From Octopus sinensis (Eukaryota): DNA of 64,000 nucleotides. Made by a program: the position numbers and the translations under genes. The stretch covers positions 136,772,001 to 136,836,000 of the forward strand of contig NC_042998.1 of NCBI RefSeq assembly GCF_006345805.1, given 5' to 3'. The notes beneath the pieces are model-generated. The model made no database searches. It had not been told where the DNA came from and saw nothing but the letters and a program-made list of their open reading frames with translations. Each line of letters starts with the position of its first letter. The first letter of the stretch is position 1. Shown here piece after piece: positions 27,400 to 39,149 of the stretch.

Positions 27400-29510
27400 G
27401 TGAATACATGACTGTTACAGGGCAGTGGCTATAAGAGCAATCGTGGTTGATGAATATTGACCATCTAATCTACTTTAACTGTTGCTCAGTTATCCTGATA
27501 ACCTTACGGAAAATTTTAAGCATCAAACTCTTCAGATATATGTATTCCAGCATTGAAATTGAGCATACAGAAGAAATCCGTAATGCAACCCTCATTGGCA
27601 AGCTCAAAGACATATAAATGACCAAGGGTTTTAAAATACAACTTCCCTCAACCTAACTACACTGAAGTCAATAACCCAGTAAAAGAAATTTTAGAAGAGA
27701 CGTCATATAATGTTGTCACATTGATAACATTTGTCAATAACAACAAAGTCAAACTTATTGGAAATTAGAAGGCAGTCTATTTTGCTATTTGTAGAGATAT
27801 TACAACAGAAAGCTGCTCATAGTGGAATAGGAAAGACATTCCCGATCGATCGGTCTATTGTTTGCCAACGTACATCAACATTAACGGCATAACTATTGTA
27901 GTTGTATCTTCGGGTATGCTGCCACATACCTTCTTGCACATTCTACACTCATCCTCCACGTGTACAAGGGTACAAAAGATACACCCGTTTACATTATTGT
28001 CACAAATTCAGGAACTGGACAAGTTCTTAGAAAATGCAAGCTACTTGTCTGGGGTGAATACGAAATGGCACACAAGAGAGTTTGGCAGCCCTTGACAGGA
28101 TATTACAGAGCTTACGCATATCTTGCTATAGCTCCCCAAAGAAACTAAAGTTTGATGAAAATCATGTTCCTCTTAAATCATTATCGCTTCGGACCAAAGA
28201 TACAATCTTCAAATTGTCTACAATTATGAGTCAATCTTTTTTGAAGTAAGTTATCTGATTATTTTTGGAGATCAGCTGTCAGGTCATTCTGCCGAAAAAT
28301 TTTTCTCAAATTGGAGAAAGGCGATCTCCTCGTATCAGCTATGGCATCATGTCCCAGTGTTTAACACAGCAGATGAATTAATATCGAACTTGATCTACAG
28401 CCAACAACATCGTTAAAACGAAGTGGCAGCTCGAAAACAAACTGTTTGGATGAGTAGCATGAAACTTCCAAGAAATGTTCATACTTCAGGAAGAAATAGT
28501 TGATTATCCTGCAGAATTTTAAAAATTCATTAGAACCTTCAGGTCTCCTTCCATAGAGATTTCATGTTTTTCAAAAAGAATTCTCGTCTATGTTACTGCA
28601 AAATTTAAATCAGCTACGGTTGTCCAGTGGTACAAGAAAAGTGGTTAAGAAGATTGTGCCATATTTGATGGAAACAACAATTTCACTGAGTAGACCAAAA
28701 AAAGAAGATATAATTATATTTAGAATTTCATACAAACCAAAACGTGTGTCTTTTTGAGCTAAGTAGACTTCAGATTTCAAGTCATCTACGTTTCGTCAAA
28801 TCAATGAAGGAATACTAAGGACAAACATCGACATTTGCTAGACTGCATCTTGATGAATTCTGTCGAGCCCATGATTAATTTTATGTAATATTTTCCAGAG
28901 ATGGAAAACCCCCATAATCTCCCTGTTTATGCTTTTGTTATTCTCCAAACAATAATGGGTACAGATCTAATATTCTATACGCAGAGGCATAGCACAACTT
29001 TTAGTATAATTTATTCATTACTTCATGCATTGCTGTTCTAGTATTTGGAGGTGAGGGCTTCTTCTTTTGCACTCCGGTTTCCACACACTATAAGTATAAT
29101 TTTGTTTCCAACAGTAGTTTACTTTTCAGCATTCCATCTTTTATTCATTTTTCAAATTATTTTAAAACTTAAAGAATACTAAGAATAAAATATTATCTTC
29201 TTTTGTCTTCAATAATAGTTTCAAACGAAATAAAACTGTTTTCTTAATTTAAAACTGTGCTCTTGATTTTATTGCATTCAATAAAATTCATTTACACAAT
29301 TAAATTACGAAACATACTATTTACATTACTGAATGTGTATCTGTAATATAGTGCATAAGAGAGCACAATCGTATTGGTAAACAATTTTATTGCATACGTA
29401 AAAGATAAATTTTCGAAGAAATTCAATAGTGTTCTGTTAAATCGAAAATGCTTTCATTAAGAATATTTTTTATGCCTTTCAATCTAGGCGGCCCCAGGTA
29501 TGCTGTTAGT
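27400..29510 (+). mobile_element. Helitron RepHel (PIF1-like helicase) remnant
   Basis: Degenerate motifs: GIGKTF (about 27825), VSSGM (about 27905), CKLLVWGEYEMAHKR (about 28035-28080; cf. KLIVWDE..MAHK), YPAEF..SLEPSGL (about 28505-28545), MLLQNLN..RLSSGTR (about 28590-28640). Possible decayed 3' hairpin-CTAG end near 29485-29510. Confidence 0.75.
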
Positions 29511-29743
29511 ATATACATACAAACATCAGTACGTATATACATACATACATACATACATACATATGTGTGCGTGTATGTGTGTTGACCTCAAAAGGATGTA
29601 TCACGAGCAGTCTTCAACGTTTTTAAGCAAAAGGGCTTTTTAACCCAATATTCACAAGCTATGTTTATAGGTTAATGTTTCTTTCGAGAGCCACTATTCC
29701 CAATATGTGTGTGTGTGTGTGTGCATGTGTGCGCGCGCGCGCG

Positions 29744-29774
<31 letters not shown>

Positions 29775-30504
29775 TGTGTGTGTGTGTGTGTAGCCAGTAG
29801 ATCCTAATATCATTTAGAAGAATTTCGAGAAATTCTGAGAATTAGGCACTTTGAATTTAACTAATTTTGAATCGCCTTGAAAACGTTGTGTTAACATGTA
29901 TTCTCGGAAATATTAATTTCAATAATATTTTCTATATCTAAAAATTTTAACAAAATAGAAACAACTGTCGTCTTCGTAAGGGAAATTCTATAATTTTCTC
30001 TATACATATTTTTGTTTATACACACACACACATACACACGCACGCACACGCACAAACACACACACACACTCACACAAAAGCTTATATTAGACTATTTTTA
30101 GACTAATGAATACACGGTGATCACATGAAAGCTTTTGTCACTGATCACCGCTTCTCAAATCAGCGCAAAAAACACACATGCTTGTTGGTTTAAAAACAAC
30201 ACTATAAAAATATAGCTCTTAAATCTAACGGGGAGAAGCGGTTGGGGACGTTAGTGTACTAATAGCACACTTATCGCGAATATATATAGTGATGTGGGTT
30301 CCTGTTCCATACGTAGGGGAAAACCCACATTTTCTTTCCCTCTAGGGCTTATATGCCCTAATACTCGACTATTTTCTTTACTCAATACGCTTATAAGATA
30401 TTATTGTTATTTACAGAATATATATGCATATGTTGAACCGTTAATCACTGCATATTTTTCCTCAGTTTTTTTTTTCATTCTCACTCCGTTTTTTTTCCTT
30501 CTTA

Positions 30505-30630
30505 ATTGTTTCTGTCGAAGAGCCTAGATTCGAAACGTAAAAGACTTTTCCATTCGCCCCCGAGCGTTAAACTAATACACTTGCTTGTTGTTCCTACACC
30601 TGTCTTCGTCTTTTGTTTTCTGTAAATTTG
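30505..30630 (+). mobile_element. PLE pseudo-LTR-like fragment with degenerate hammerhead
   Basis: TTT CTGTCGA A GAGCCTAGATTC GAAA CG TA AAAG (30509-30542); core position 6 is T instead of A. Confidence 0.45.
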
Positions 30631-30640
30631 AACAATACAC

Positions 30641-30673
<33 letters not shown>

Positions 30674-30717
30674 TAGATAGATAGACAGATAGATAGATAG
30701 ATAGATAGATACAAATA

Positions 30718-30880
30718 GGCGCAGGTATGGTAAGAAGTCTGCTTTCCAACCACATGGTCCTGCGTTCAGGCCCAGTGTGTGACACCATGAGCAAATGTCT
30801 TCTGCTATAGTCTCTGGCCAACCAAAGACTTGTGAGCGGATCTGGTGGATGGAAACTGAAAGAAGCCCTTCGCATATATA
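30718..30880 (+). mobile_element. tRNA-derived SINE family 2, 5' half
   Basis: GGCGCAGGTATGGTAAGAAGTCTGCTTTCCAACCACATGG...GGATGGAAACTGAAAGAAGCCC. Confidence 0.85.
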
Positions 30881-31930
30881 TATAAATATAATATGTGTGT
30901 GTGTGTGTTTGTGTGTGTGAATATGCATTTACATATGTGTGCATATATGTATGTTTGTATACATATGTTTGCGTGCGCGCGCGAATGTGTGCGTCACATA
31001 ATATATGTTCATATTCCTGTTACTAATTGGGGGTTGACCAACTAACTCGTTAACATTGTCTGAAATACAAAATTTTCCTTTAATATCATTAGACAATTTT
31101 AAAAAATTTCTTTTTCCATTCTTCCTTTCTCTTTTGAAATTTGTGCCCCCTACATAGACCTTATTTATTGTGTATTAATTTTTCTTTATCTTCCAATAAT
31201 TTCTTTTAAATGTTTAAAATATTTAAATTATATTCAATGCAAATTAACAGGTCAAAAGATCAAGGGAATGAAAATCTACCATTTTATTCACGAATGATCT
31301 CTCTTGAACCTCTCTTAAAAGGATTAAGTTTAAGATATCGAAAAAAGCTATTTTTTCCTTCAGAAGCTCAGCCTGTGTGACTCAAATGAATGAATCTAAT
31401 TGAATAACTTTAGCAGTATGAGTAAAACTGACGAAAAATACTCACACTCACTGAGTTTGTTTTGAATCTATTAGTAACAGGAATTGAAACAGTTTTGTTT
31501 CTAATTCTAGAAATTATTCAAATTTAGTGTATTTAGCGCTCTTCATTTTGACATAGGAAAGTTCATTAGCTACCAATATTATATTAGCATAACGTTATAT
31601 TAACACAGTATTCTAATATTATATTAGCACAAACGCGCACACACACTAAACTATACAAATGGGAGAGAGAGAGGAACACACATAGAGGGAAAGTAAATAG
31701 AGAGAGGGAGACAGAGAAAGAGACAAAGACAGAGAAACCGAAAGAGTTTGACTCGTTGATCGTAGTCATTCGCAACGAGAAAGATCTCCAATATCACAAA
31801 AGATACTTGGTATTTATTATACACGCACGCATTTACACACACATACGCGTACACATGTACACATGCAAAAAATACATGCGTAAATATATATGTGTGGAGG
31901 GAGATGCGCACGTATGTACATACACATATA

Positions 31931-31965
<35 letters not shown>

Positions 31966-32879
31966 GTAGATGTGTGTGGGGGCGGTGGTGCGCTTATAAT
32001 GATCTGAAAATTGTTATTCATGCAATGTCCCACATATCTCTAAAACAATGTTTTATTTTTTAAAATATTCTTTGTTTCTTTTTGTTTTTTACTAATACAC
32101 CAATATATGTTTGGAAGTCCAGATGCGTGAGGCTGATACAAGCTTGTAGTGAATCAAGTCGGCAAACCATTTTTGATGTCTAGCTGAAACCAAATCTCTT
32201 AGCCTTAACATATACATAACTGCGGTAAAATTCCATTACTAATGTGTAAAATTATTCTAAGTAAGAATATACATTTCATATGATTTTCTTTTGAATATAT
32301 TGTTTTTAGTATGTTTTTCAGTTATTTATTTATGACTGTTAATTTTCTCTAAAATGCAGTTTGTTACAATTTATTGCTAAGTTAACCTTGCTTGAACAGA
32401 CACACGAGGAAAGACGTTCCAGTTGTTACTATCTAGTTTTTGATATATTTCGGATTATATTTTCGAAAGAATCCTTACTTTAAGAATGTAGGATGTGAGA
32501 TATAGCTGTCATTTCTTGCAGACCGAATGACCGATATAGGATGCTTTGTTGACATTATCATTTATTCTTTTCATACCTGACATAAATGGCCTTTGTACTT
32601 TAGAGGATGCATAAATTAAAAAGTATGACATTCATATTTTCCAATATTATAAGCAGAGTAAGTGGAATGACATTTATACAACCACATACAAAAACTGTCG
32701 CAGATTCGGCTGATGTGAACCCCACAGTGCTTTTTAAAAGTATGTTTAAAATAAAATTCTTACATAAATTAGTCGGTATTGTTTTAGTTATGCATAAAAT
32801 ATACATTTTGGCACATTATAAGTCCAATATTTGCAATGTCTTATTTATATATTTGATAATCATTTCTACTATAAGCACA

Positions 32880-33075
32880 AAACCTGAAATTTTGGGGGAT
32901 GGGGTAAGTTGATCACATCGATTCCAGTATTTGGCCGGTATTTAATTTATTGACTCCGAAAGGATGAAAGACAAAGTCTAGCTCAGCGGAATTTGAACTC
33001 AGAACGTTAAAACGGACCAAATGTTGCTAAGCATTTCGCCCGACGTACTAACGATTCTGCCCGCTCGTTGCCTTT
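32880..33075 (-). mobile_element. SINE family 1
   Basis: GAAAGGATGAAAGACAAAGTCTAGCTCAGCGGAATTTGAACTCAGAACGTT...GATTCTGCCCGCTCGTTGCC. Confidence 0.85.
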
Positions 33076-34364
33076 TTTTTAATATTTGATAATAACATTG
33101 TGAGATATTTGGCTTAGTATGATTAGCAGTCCTCATTTATAATGTCTTTCCTCTAATTTGGTCCTTGGAATAAAAGACAGTCTGTTGTTGTCCTTATGAG
33201 TTTTAACTCGAGTTTAAAAAAAAAAGATGGAAATTAAGGTTTCTGATCTGGGCACAAGGCCAACAATGTTAAGGTAGGGATTACCCGATGCGATTAAATC
33301 CAGTATTTGTCTAGCACATTATCTTATCGACCCAGAAAGGAAGAAATGAAAAGTTGACTCTAGCAGGAATTGAAGCAATTCTAAGCACGCAGTTTTTAGC
33401 AAAGGTTTTAATGTTGCAGTTAATACTATAAAGAACTTCATATTAAACTATCTAAACCATGTAAATCTTTTATACCATTTAAAAAACCATTTTTATGGTT
33501 TTAATTAGTTTTCTCAGAGTACAATTGAAGTTCATTAATTTTATTTTTCTAATTAAACACATTCTTAGCGTCGGCATTGAGCTAATATTGACAACCGAAT
33601 TTACAGAAAATAGTAAAAAAATTTAGAAACTAATACCAAGAGTTACAGAGGATATTTATAAACACAAACTAAACAGCTGAAACTTACACTTCAATAGCAT
33701 AATACATTTTGAATTTTAATCGGCTTGCAGGTTGGCAATTATGAAAAAGAAATCATCTCTTTTATATTGTGCTATTTTTAAAGCACATATTTTCTAACGA
33801 ATCCGACCTTTTGTTATGTACAGATTCCATTAGGGCGAGTTTCGATGTGAATAGGAAATTTCTAAACGATAATGTTACCTGGGTATCCTAATCAGATTAC
33901 TTTCTCTATTCAAGCATTGAATAAAATAATGAAATATATTCATCGTGGCAGGAGACAAATGAAATGTTTGGAAACTTCTATTTTCTCAGATAACAAATTC
34001 ACTATAAAATAATTTGGGATATGCATTCTAAATGTGATATACACTCAGTATTATTAAATTAACGTTATTGGCTAATAGCTCATACAAAATGAAGACAATA
34101 CAAATCATTGCCTGTCTCACAGACGAGATTGCCAAAAGTAAACACTACCCGTGAAAATTGGGTGACTCAGTGACGATATATTATTCCAGTTTCTTGATAC
34201 TAATCTTCCACTTTGTAGCAAAAACGGATAATACACATGCAATCGCACGTATACATTTAACATTCAAATACATATATACGCAGATGCAAAGAACTCCATC
34301 AGTAACAGACACACAATTAGCAATTTAGTAGCATACAAAAACTCACGCATGCTCGCATGTACGA

Positions 34365-34397
<33 letters not shown>

Positions 34398-34414
34398 ATA
34401 CAGTTCTATATTAA

Positions 34415-34590
34415 AGAGATGAGGAATTATGTACATTATTTACATTATTTACATTTGACGGATATTTGTCCTTATCTCTTAACCACTACGCCATATGCCC
34501 ACGGATATATGACGTAGTGGTTAAGAGTGCGGGCTACTAACCACAAGATTCCGAGTTCGATTCCAGGCAATGACCTGAATAAAATTAATA

Positions 34591-34644
<54 letters not shown>

Positions 34645-34790
34645 TCGAAAAAATCTTAGGAATGAGAACCCAGGTTCGAAATTTCCCCCAAGACACCTGA
34701 TGAAGGCTGGAAGATATATCAGCAGAAACGTTGTGTTAACAACAAACAAGATGAGGACAACTATCCGGCAAATGTAAATAATGTAAATAT
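34415..34790 (+). mobile_element. Hammerhead-bearing SINE-like element, copy 3, with inverted tail and inverted head at its 5' end
   Basis: Inverted tail 34431-34471, fold-back of the head 34476-34526, A box/B box (GAGTTCGATTCC 34554-34565), (AAT)n, hammerhead 34692-34737 (C11.1->A), tail to about 34790. Confidence 0.85.
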
Positions 34791-35007
34791 ATATATCATG
34801 TATGATTTTTGTATGTATGTATGTAAATATGTATGTATATATATATATATATATAATTTGAAATAGAAAGATGAATAATCTTGTTGTAGATAATCAAAAG
34901 TTAACCGATACCTTAGTAGCAAATCACAGCAGTAAACAGCACGGTTGGAGGTACAACCATCTGGCGTTGCAACCGTGCGTTGGTGCGGATAATTGAAATA
35001 AAACATT

Positions 35008-35812
35008 ATTGGTGAATTGAAGAAATGGAGCTGAACGCAGATTGAAAGAAATCGTTTTTATTCATCAACGTGTTTCGAAAGGCAACAAATTACAAAAATC
35101 CGATTGAATAATGGGACCATATGTGTCTTTCTCTTCAGGAAGAAAAAAGGCAATCCACTGCAAGGGGAATTACTCCTGTAAGACAAACGGGGCTTGGTTT
35201 TTTTCACAGCGGGGGGTTTCCTTGACAAGGCAGGCTTAGATGAACACACACACACATAAAACATAATATATATATATATTTTTTCTTTCTGCCACCCAAC
35301 GGTTATCACGGCAGTAGCCACTGACAGCCGAACGATCAAACGCACACACGTACACAAAATGTTTTCTACCCCTACGCCAACACACACACATATATAGAAC
35401 AGTATACACACACACACGTCTCTAAGTAGATTTTTTCTCGCCCCTTATAAAACATCCAATATTCCTTAAATAGTCAGAACTTTATTCTCGGTCACTAAGA
35501 ACATCTATACACCCTCACCCAATATTGACCGATGCCTGACCTGTAGAATTCTTCAGCCACCGGTTCTCAGCATACACTGATAAACAGTTTCGCCATGGGC
35601 TCTTAGGAGCATAGTTCGATTTGTTTTTGCTCCGCCTCTGTCTGTTTTGTTTCTCTAACGGATTTCCTTTTGTCTTCCTGAAGAGAAAGACACAATATGG
35701 TCCCCTTATTCAATCGGATTTTGGTAATTTGTGCCTTTCGAAACACGTGTAGAATGAAATAAAACGATTTCTGTTCAATCTGCGTTCAGCTCCATTTCTT
35801 CAATTCACCAAT
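35008..35812. mobile_element. Element with about 150-bp imperfect terminal inverted repeats, each carrying a hammerhead motif (probable truncated PLE with inverted pLTR)
   Basis: 35008-35156 is the reverse complement of 35660-35812; the right end abuts a (TA)n tract; the same arm end reappears at 63956-64000. Confidence 0.8.
35675..35754 (+). ncRNA. Type-I hammerhead ribozyme motif, canonical core
   Basis: UUC CUGAAGA GAAAG-A-CACAA [33-nt loop] UUGUG-C-CUUUC GAAA CACGUG UA^GAA: all core nucleotides present, G10.1-C11.1 pair, palindromic stem III ACACGUGU, GUA triplet, 3-bp stem I. Confidence 0.8.
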
Positions 35813-35815
35813 ATG

Positions 35816-35920
<105 letters not shown>

Positions 35921-37383
35921 TGTATGTATTGTTGTATTTAGGAATGGTCATGTTACCAGTTTAGCCAATAAATATTAAAGGGTTGACCCTCTAGGAATAT
36001 TTTTATAAATTCACTTTGTAGGAAATCTCCTATAATTTCGATTTCTTAAGTTTATTGAATCTTTTAACTTCAATTTCCCGCAAATTTAAATATTCACTGC
36101 ATTGACGGCGTCCAATTATTCGCAAATTTAAATATTCATTACAATCACTACGGATTATAACATTTTCAGTTGCAAAGTCTCAAGTTTTAATTCGCTATTT
36201 GGAAAACCGACAGTTTACTCTATTAAGGTATACGTAATGTAAAAACATTATTTATTGAAGAAAATTATTTTTGAACAACCGTATATGCTTTGTAAAAAAA
36301 AATCAAAGTTATTTTGTTGTTATGGTTATAATAACTTCCGGACCGATTTTGGCCATTTTCGATTTTAACTTAAAAACCATAGGAGGAGCCTTTTCGGTAA
36401 AAAAAAAAAAAACAAAAGAAAAAAACAAAAACAAATTCTAAATATCTTCAGAGAAAAAGGTGAACAATTCAAGGGAGGTTTCACTGTTGAGTCTAGCACA
36501 ACCCAAACCACCCTCCCTTTCCACTCACATGCATTGATGTTTTTTCAATACTTTTCTCCCATTAAACACATTTTATTGGAATGGTGATGCCGAAGTAATA
36601 CACGCGTGGTCCATTGGTGGAATATATACAACAAAAGACATTGTAATCTAATTTTTTTACCCCCCGCCTCAATCATGCGAAGCCGTGTATGTGCGTAAGA
36701 AAAACATTTTCTAACAGAAAAGTATGCTATTAAAATGAATTATCGTTTACGTAACTTTTTTTAAAACACTGTGGATAAATGCCCGCAATAACGTTCTCAG
36801 GCTCTCCAATACTTTAATTTCTAAACAGAATCAATAAGGGGCAGAGAGTTGGGTTGTAAAAGATTCATAATTTCTCAAATTTTCTTTTTTTATAGCATGT
36901 AAATGTATTTATGGGGGAAATATTGAAAAATATCAATACATACGAGAGTGATAAAGAAACGAAGAAGGTTGTCTTTTGATGTACTAGAAACAATAGCCAA
37001 ATCGCCCTTAAATCATTGTCCCCTGACAAACCAGGATTTTAAAAGAGCGCGACAAACAGCTAGCGGAGCCTGTGCACCTCTTCGGTGGTGTATGTGGATG
37101 ACCTTGGTCTTCAGTGAATGATTTGCCATCAGCGGGTGTTTTTGCCATCACTGGGTGGCCTTGCAATTCATTCTCACAATAACCACAACACACCACTTCC
37201 GTTACCGGTCTTGTTAAACTGGTGATTTCGTAAGTGGAACGACGAAAGATTTGTCTGTATATTAAATATATTGTGGCTAGTTTGCTAAAGTTGCGATAAG
37301 ATTATGGGAATGATTGTTTAACCGTACACAATGTCACGAGTGTTACCTACCTATCAAATTAGAAAGATTAGTTATCGAAGACG

Positions 37384-37482
<99 letters not shown>

Positions 37483-37486
37483 ACAG

Positions 37487-37641
37487 CAAATAAGAAAATG
37501 GAGAGGATCCAAAACGACATACATCAGCCGGTAGACATTCCAGTGTGTCTATTTATTCCAAAGCATTAGAAATAAATAGACACACTGGAATGTCTACCGG
37601 CTGATGTATGTCGTTTTGTATCCTCTCCATTTTCTTATTTG
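37487..37641. repeat. Near-perfect inverted repeat, 71-bp arms, 13-nt loop
   Basis: 37487-37557 pairs with 37571-37641 with one mismatch; loop CCAAAGCATTAGA. Confidence 0.95.
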
Positions 37642-37803
37642 TCGTGTAAATTAAGGGTAAATCACTTTTTACCGCCGCCCATATATAACACTGAATTGCG
37701 AGATTGCCACGCAGTAACCAGCATTTGGGTATGAATGATTGGGTACACTACCAGCTATCCCTTAGTTGGTTGGTTTCTCAACCTCTAACTCTCACAGAAA
37801 TAT

Positions 37804-37865
<62 letters not shown>

Positions 37866-37910
37866 CATAAATACACGTGTATGTGTATGTATCCAAGCGT
37901 GTGCATATAA

Positions 37911-38045
<135 letters not shown>

Positions 38046-39001
38046 ATGTATGTATGTATGTATGTATGTATGTGTGTATATATATACATATATCGTAGAA
38101 ATTATGGATACAAGTAGGCATACGACGCCTGCTGTTATGCTTAGTGCTCCATGTAGCTTTATATAATCCAGTCTGTTCTCTGTATAGTTTTCAATTAACT
38201 ATACAGTAGTTTATATTAAAATACCTATAAACCCAAGTTTATATTAAGTTTCCTCTGTGCATTTCACCATTATGTTTGTGCACAACCACATTAGTTCCTA
38301 AGGAATGGTTCGTAATGGCCGAGCACCTATATATATTTGGAATTTCTATCGCACGGTTCCAAACAACAATAATGGCGAAACGCAAGTGTAGGAAGTTTTA
38401 TATAAACTTGTGTTTATCCTTACTTTAGAAAAATAAGAAAGATGTGAAACCTCTAAATCCTGACCAGAATAACTGAACTGTAACAAAATAGGAAACAGCT
38501 TCAGCAAAACTACTTTTAGAACATCTAGACAGAAGAAATTGCAACCGAACTGAGAAATATCAGAAATGCCACCAAACAAACGAACTCACACCAGAAATGT
38601 TCGGTGTCGGGAAAACCTTAAAAAAAAAACAAAAGAAGAAAAAAGTTGAGTCCCAAAGTCGGCAAAAATTTAAAACCACGTCGCGATGCTGGTAAACTAC
38701 AGCAAATTTTACCAATAACAAGCAAATTAGCAAATTACATAATAAAATCACATGGTCACTGCCCTAAAAATAAGATGATAAAAAGAAACTAATGAAAACA
38801 ATGCCCATAGATATGCCGTCCCTCTGGGACAAGAAAAAACTAAAGAAAAACCTCAAACCGCTAGAAGCTAAGAGCATAAGCAATAACAACCCTCTTCATT
38901 ATATTCAAGATGAATGTAAGGGGAAATAAAAGTTGTTCCCTTCTGAAAATCGCTGGAAAAGCAATTCACTTAAACACACGCGCACACACACGTACACACA
39001 C

Positions 39002-39057
<56 letters not shown>

Positions 39058-39149
39058 AGCGCGCACACACACTGATAGATATATAGTTATGTGTGCATAT
39101 ATATATATACACATATATACACATACATATATACATGTATGCATGCATA

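Noticed and set aside
34500-34575. tRNA gene calls for tRNA-like heads (also 4200-4275, 13244-13310, 20400-20465, 60526-60600)
   Set aside because: A/B boxes are present but acceptor stems do not pair, and each is fused to a repeated SINE body.
37040-37235. GC-richer stretch ending in a GTAAGT donor as the first exon of the FReD gene
   Set aside because: No ATG-initiated frame stays open to the donor and the upstream part resembles SINE sequence; a non-coding exon cannot be supported without RNA data.
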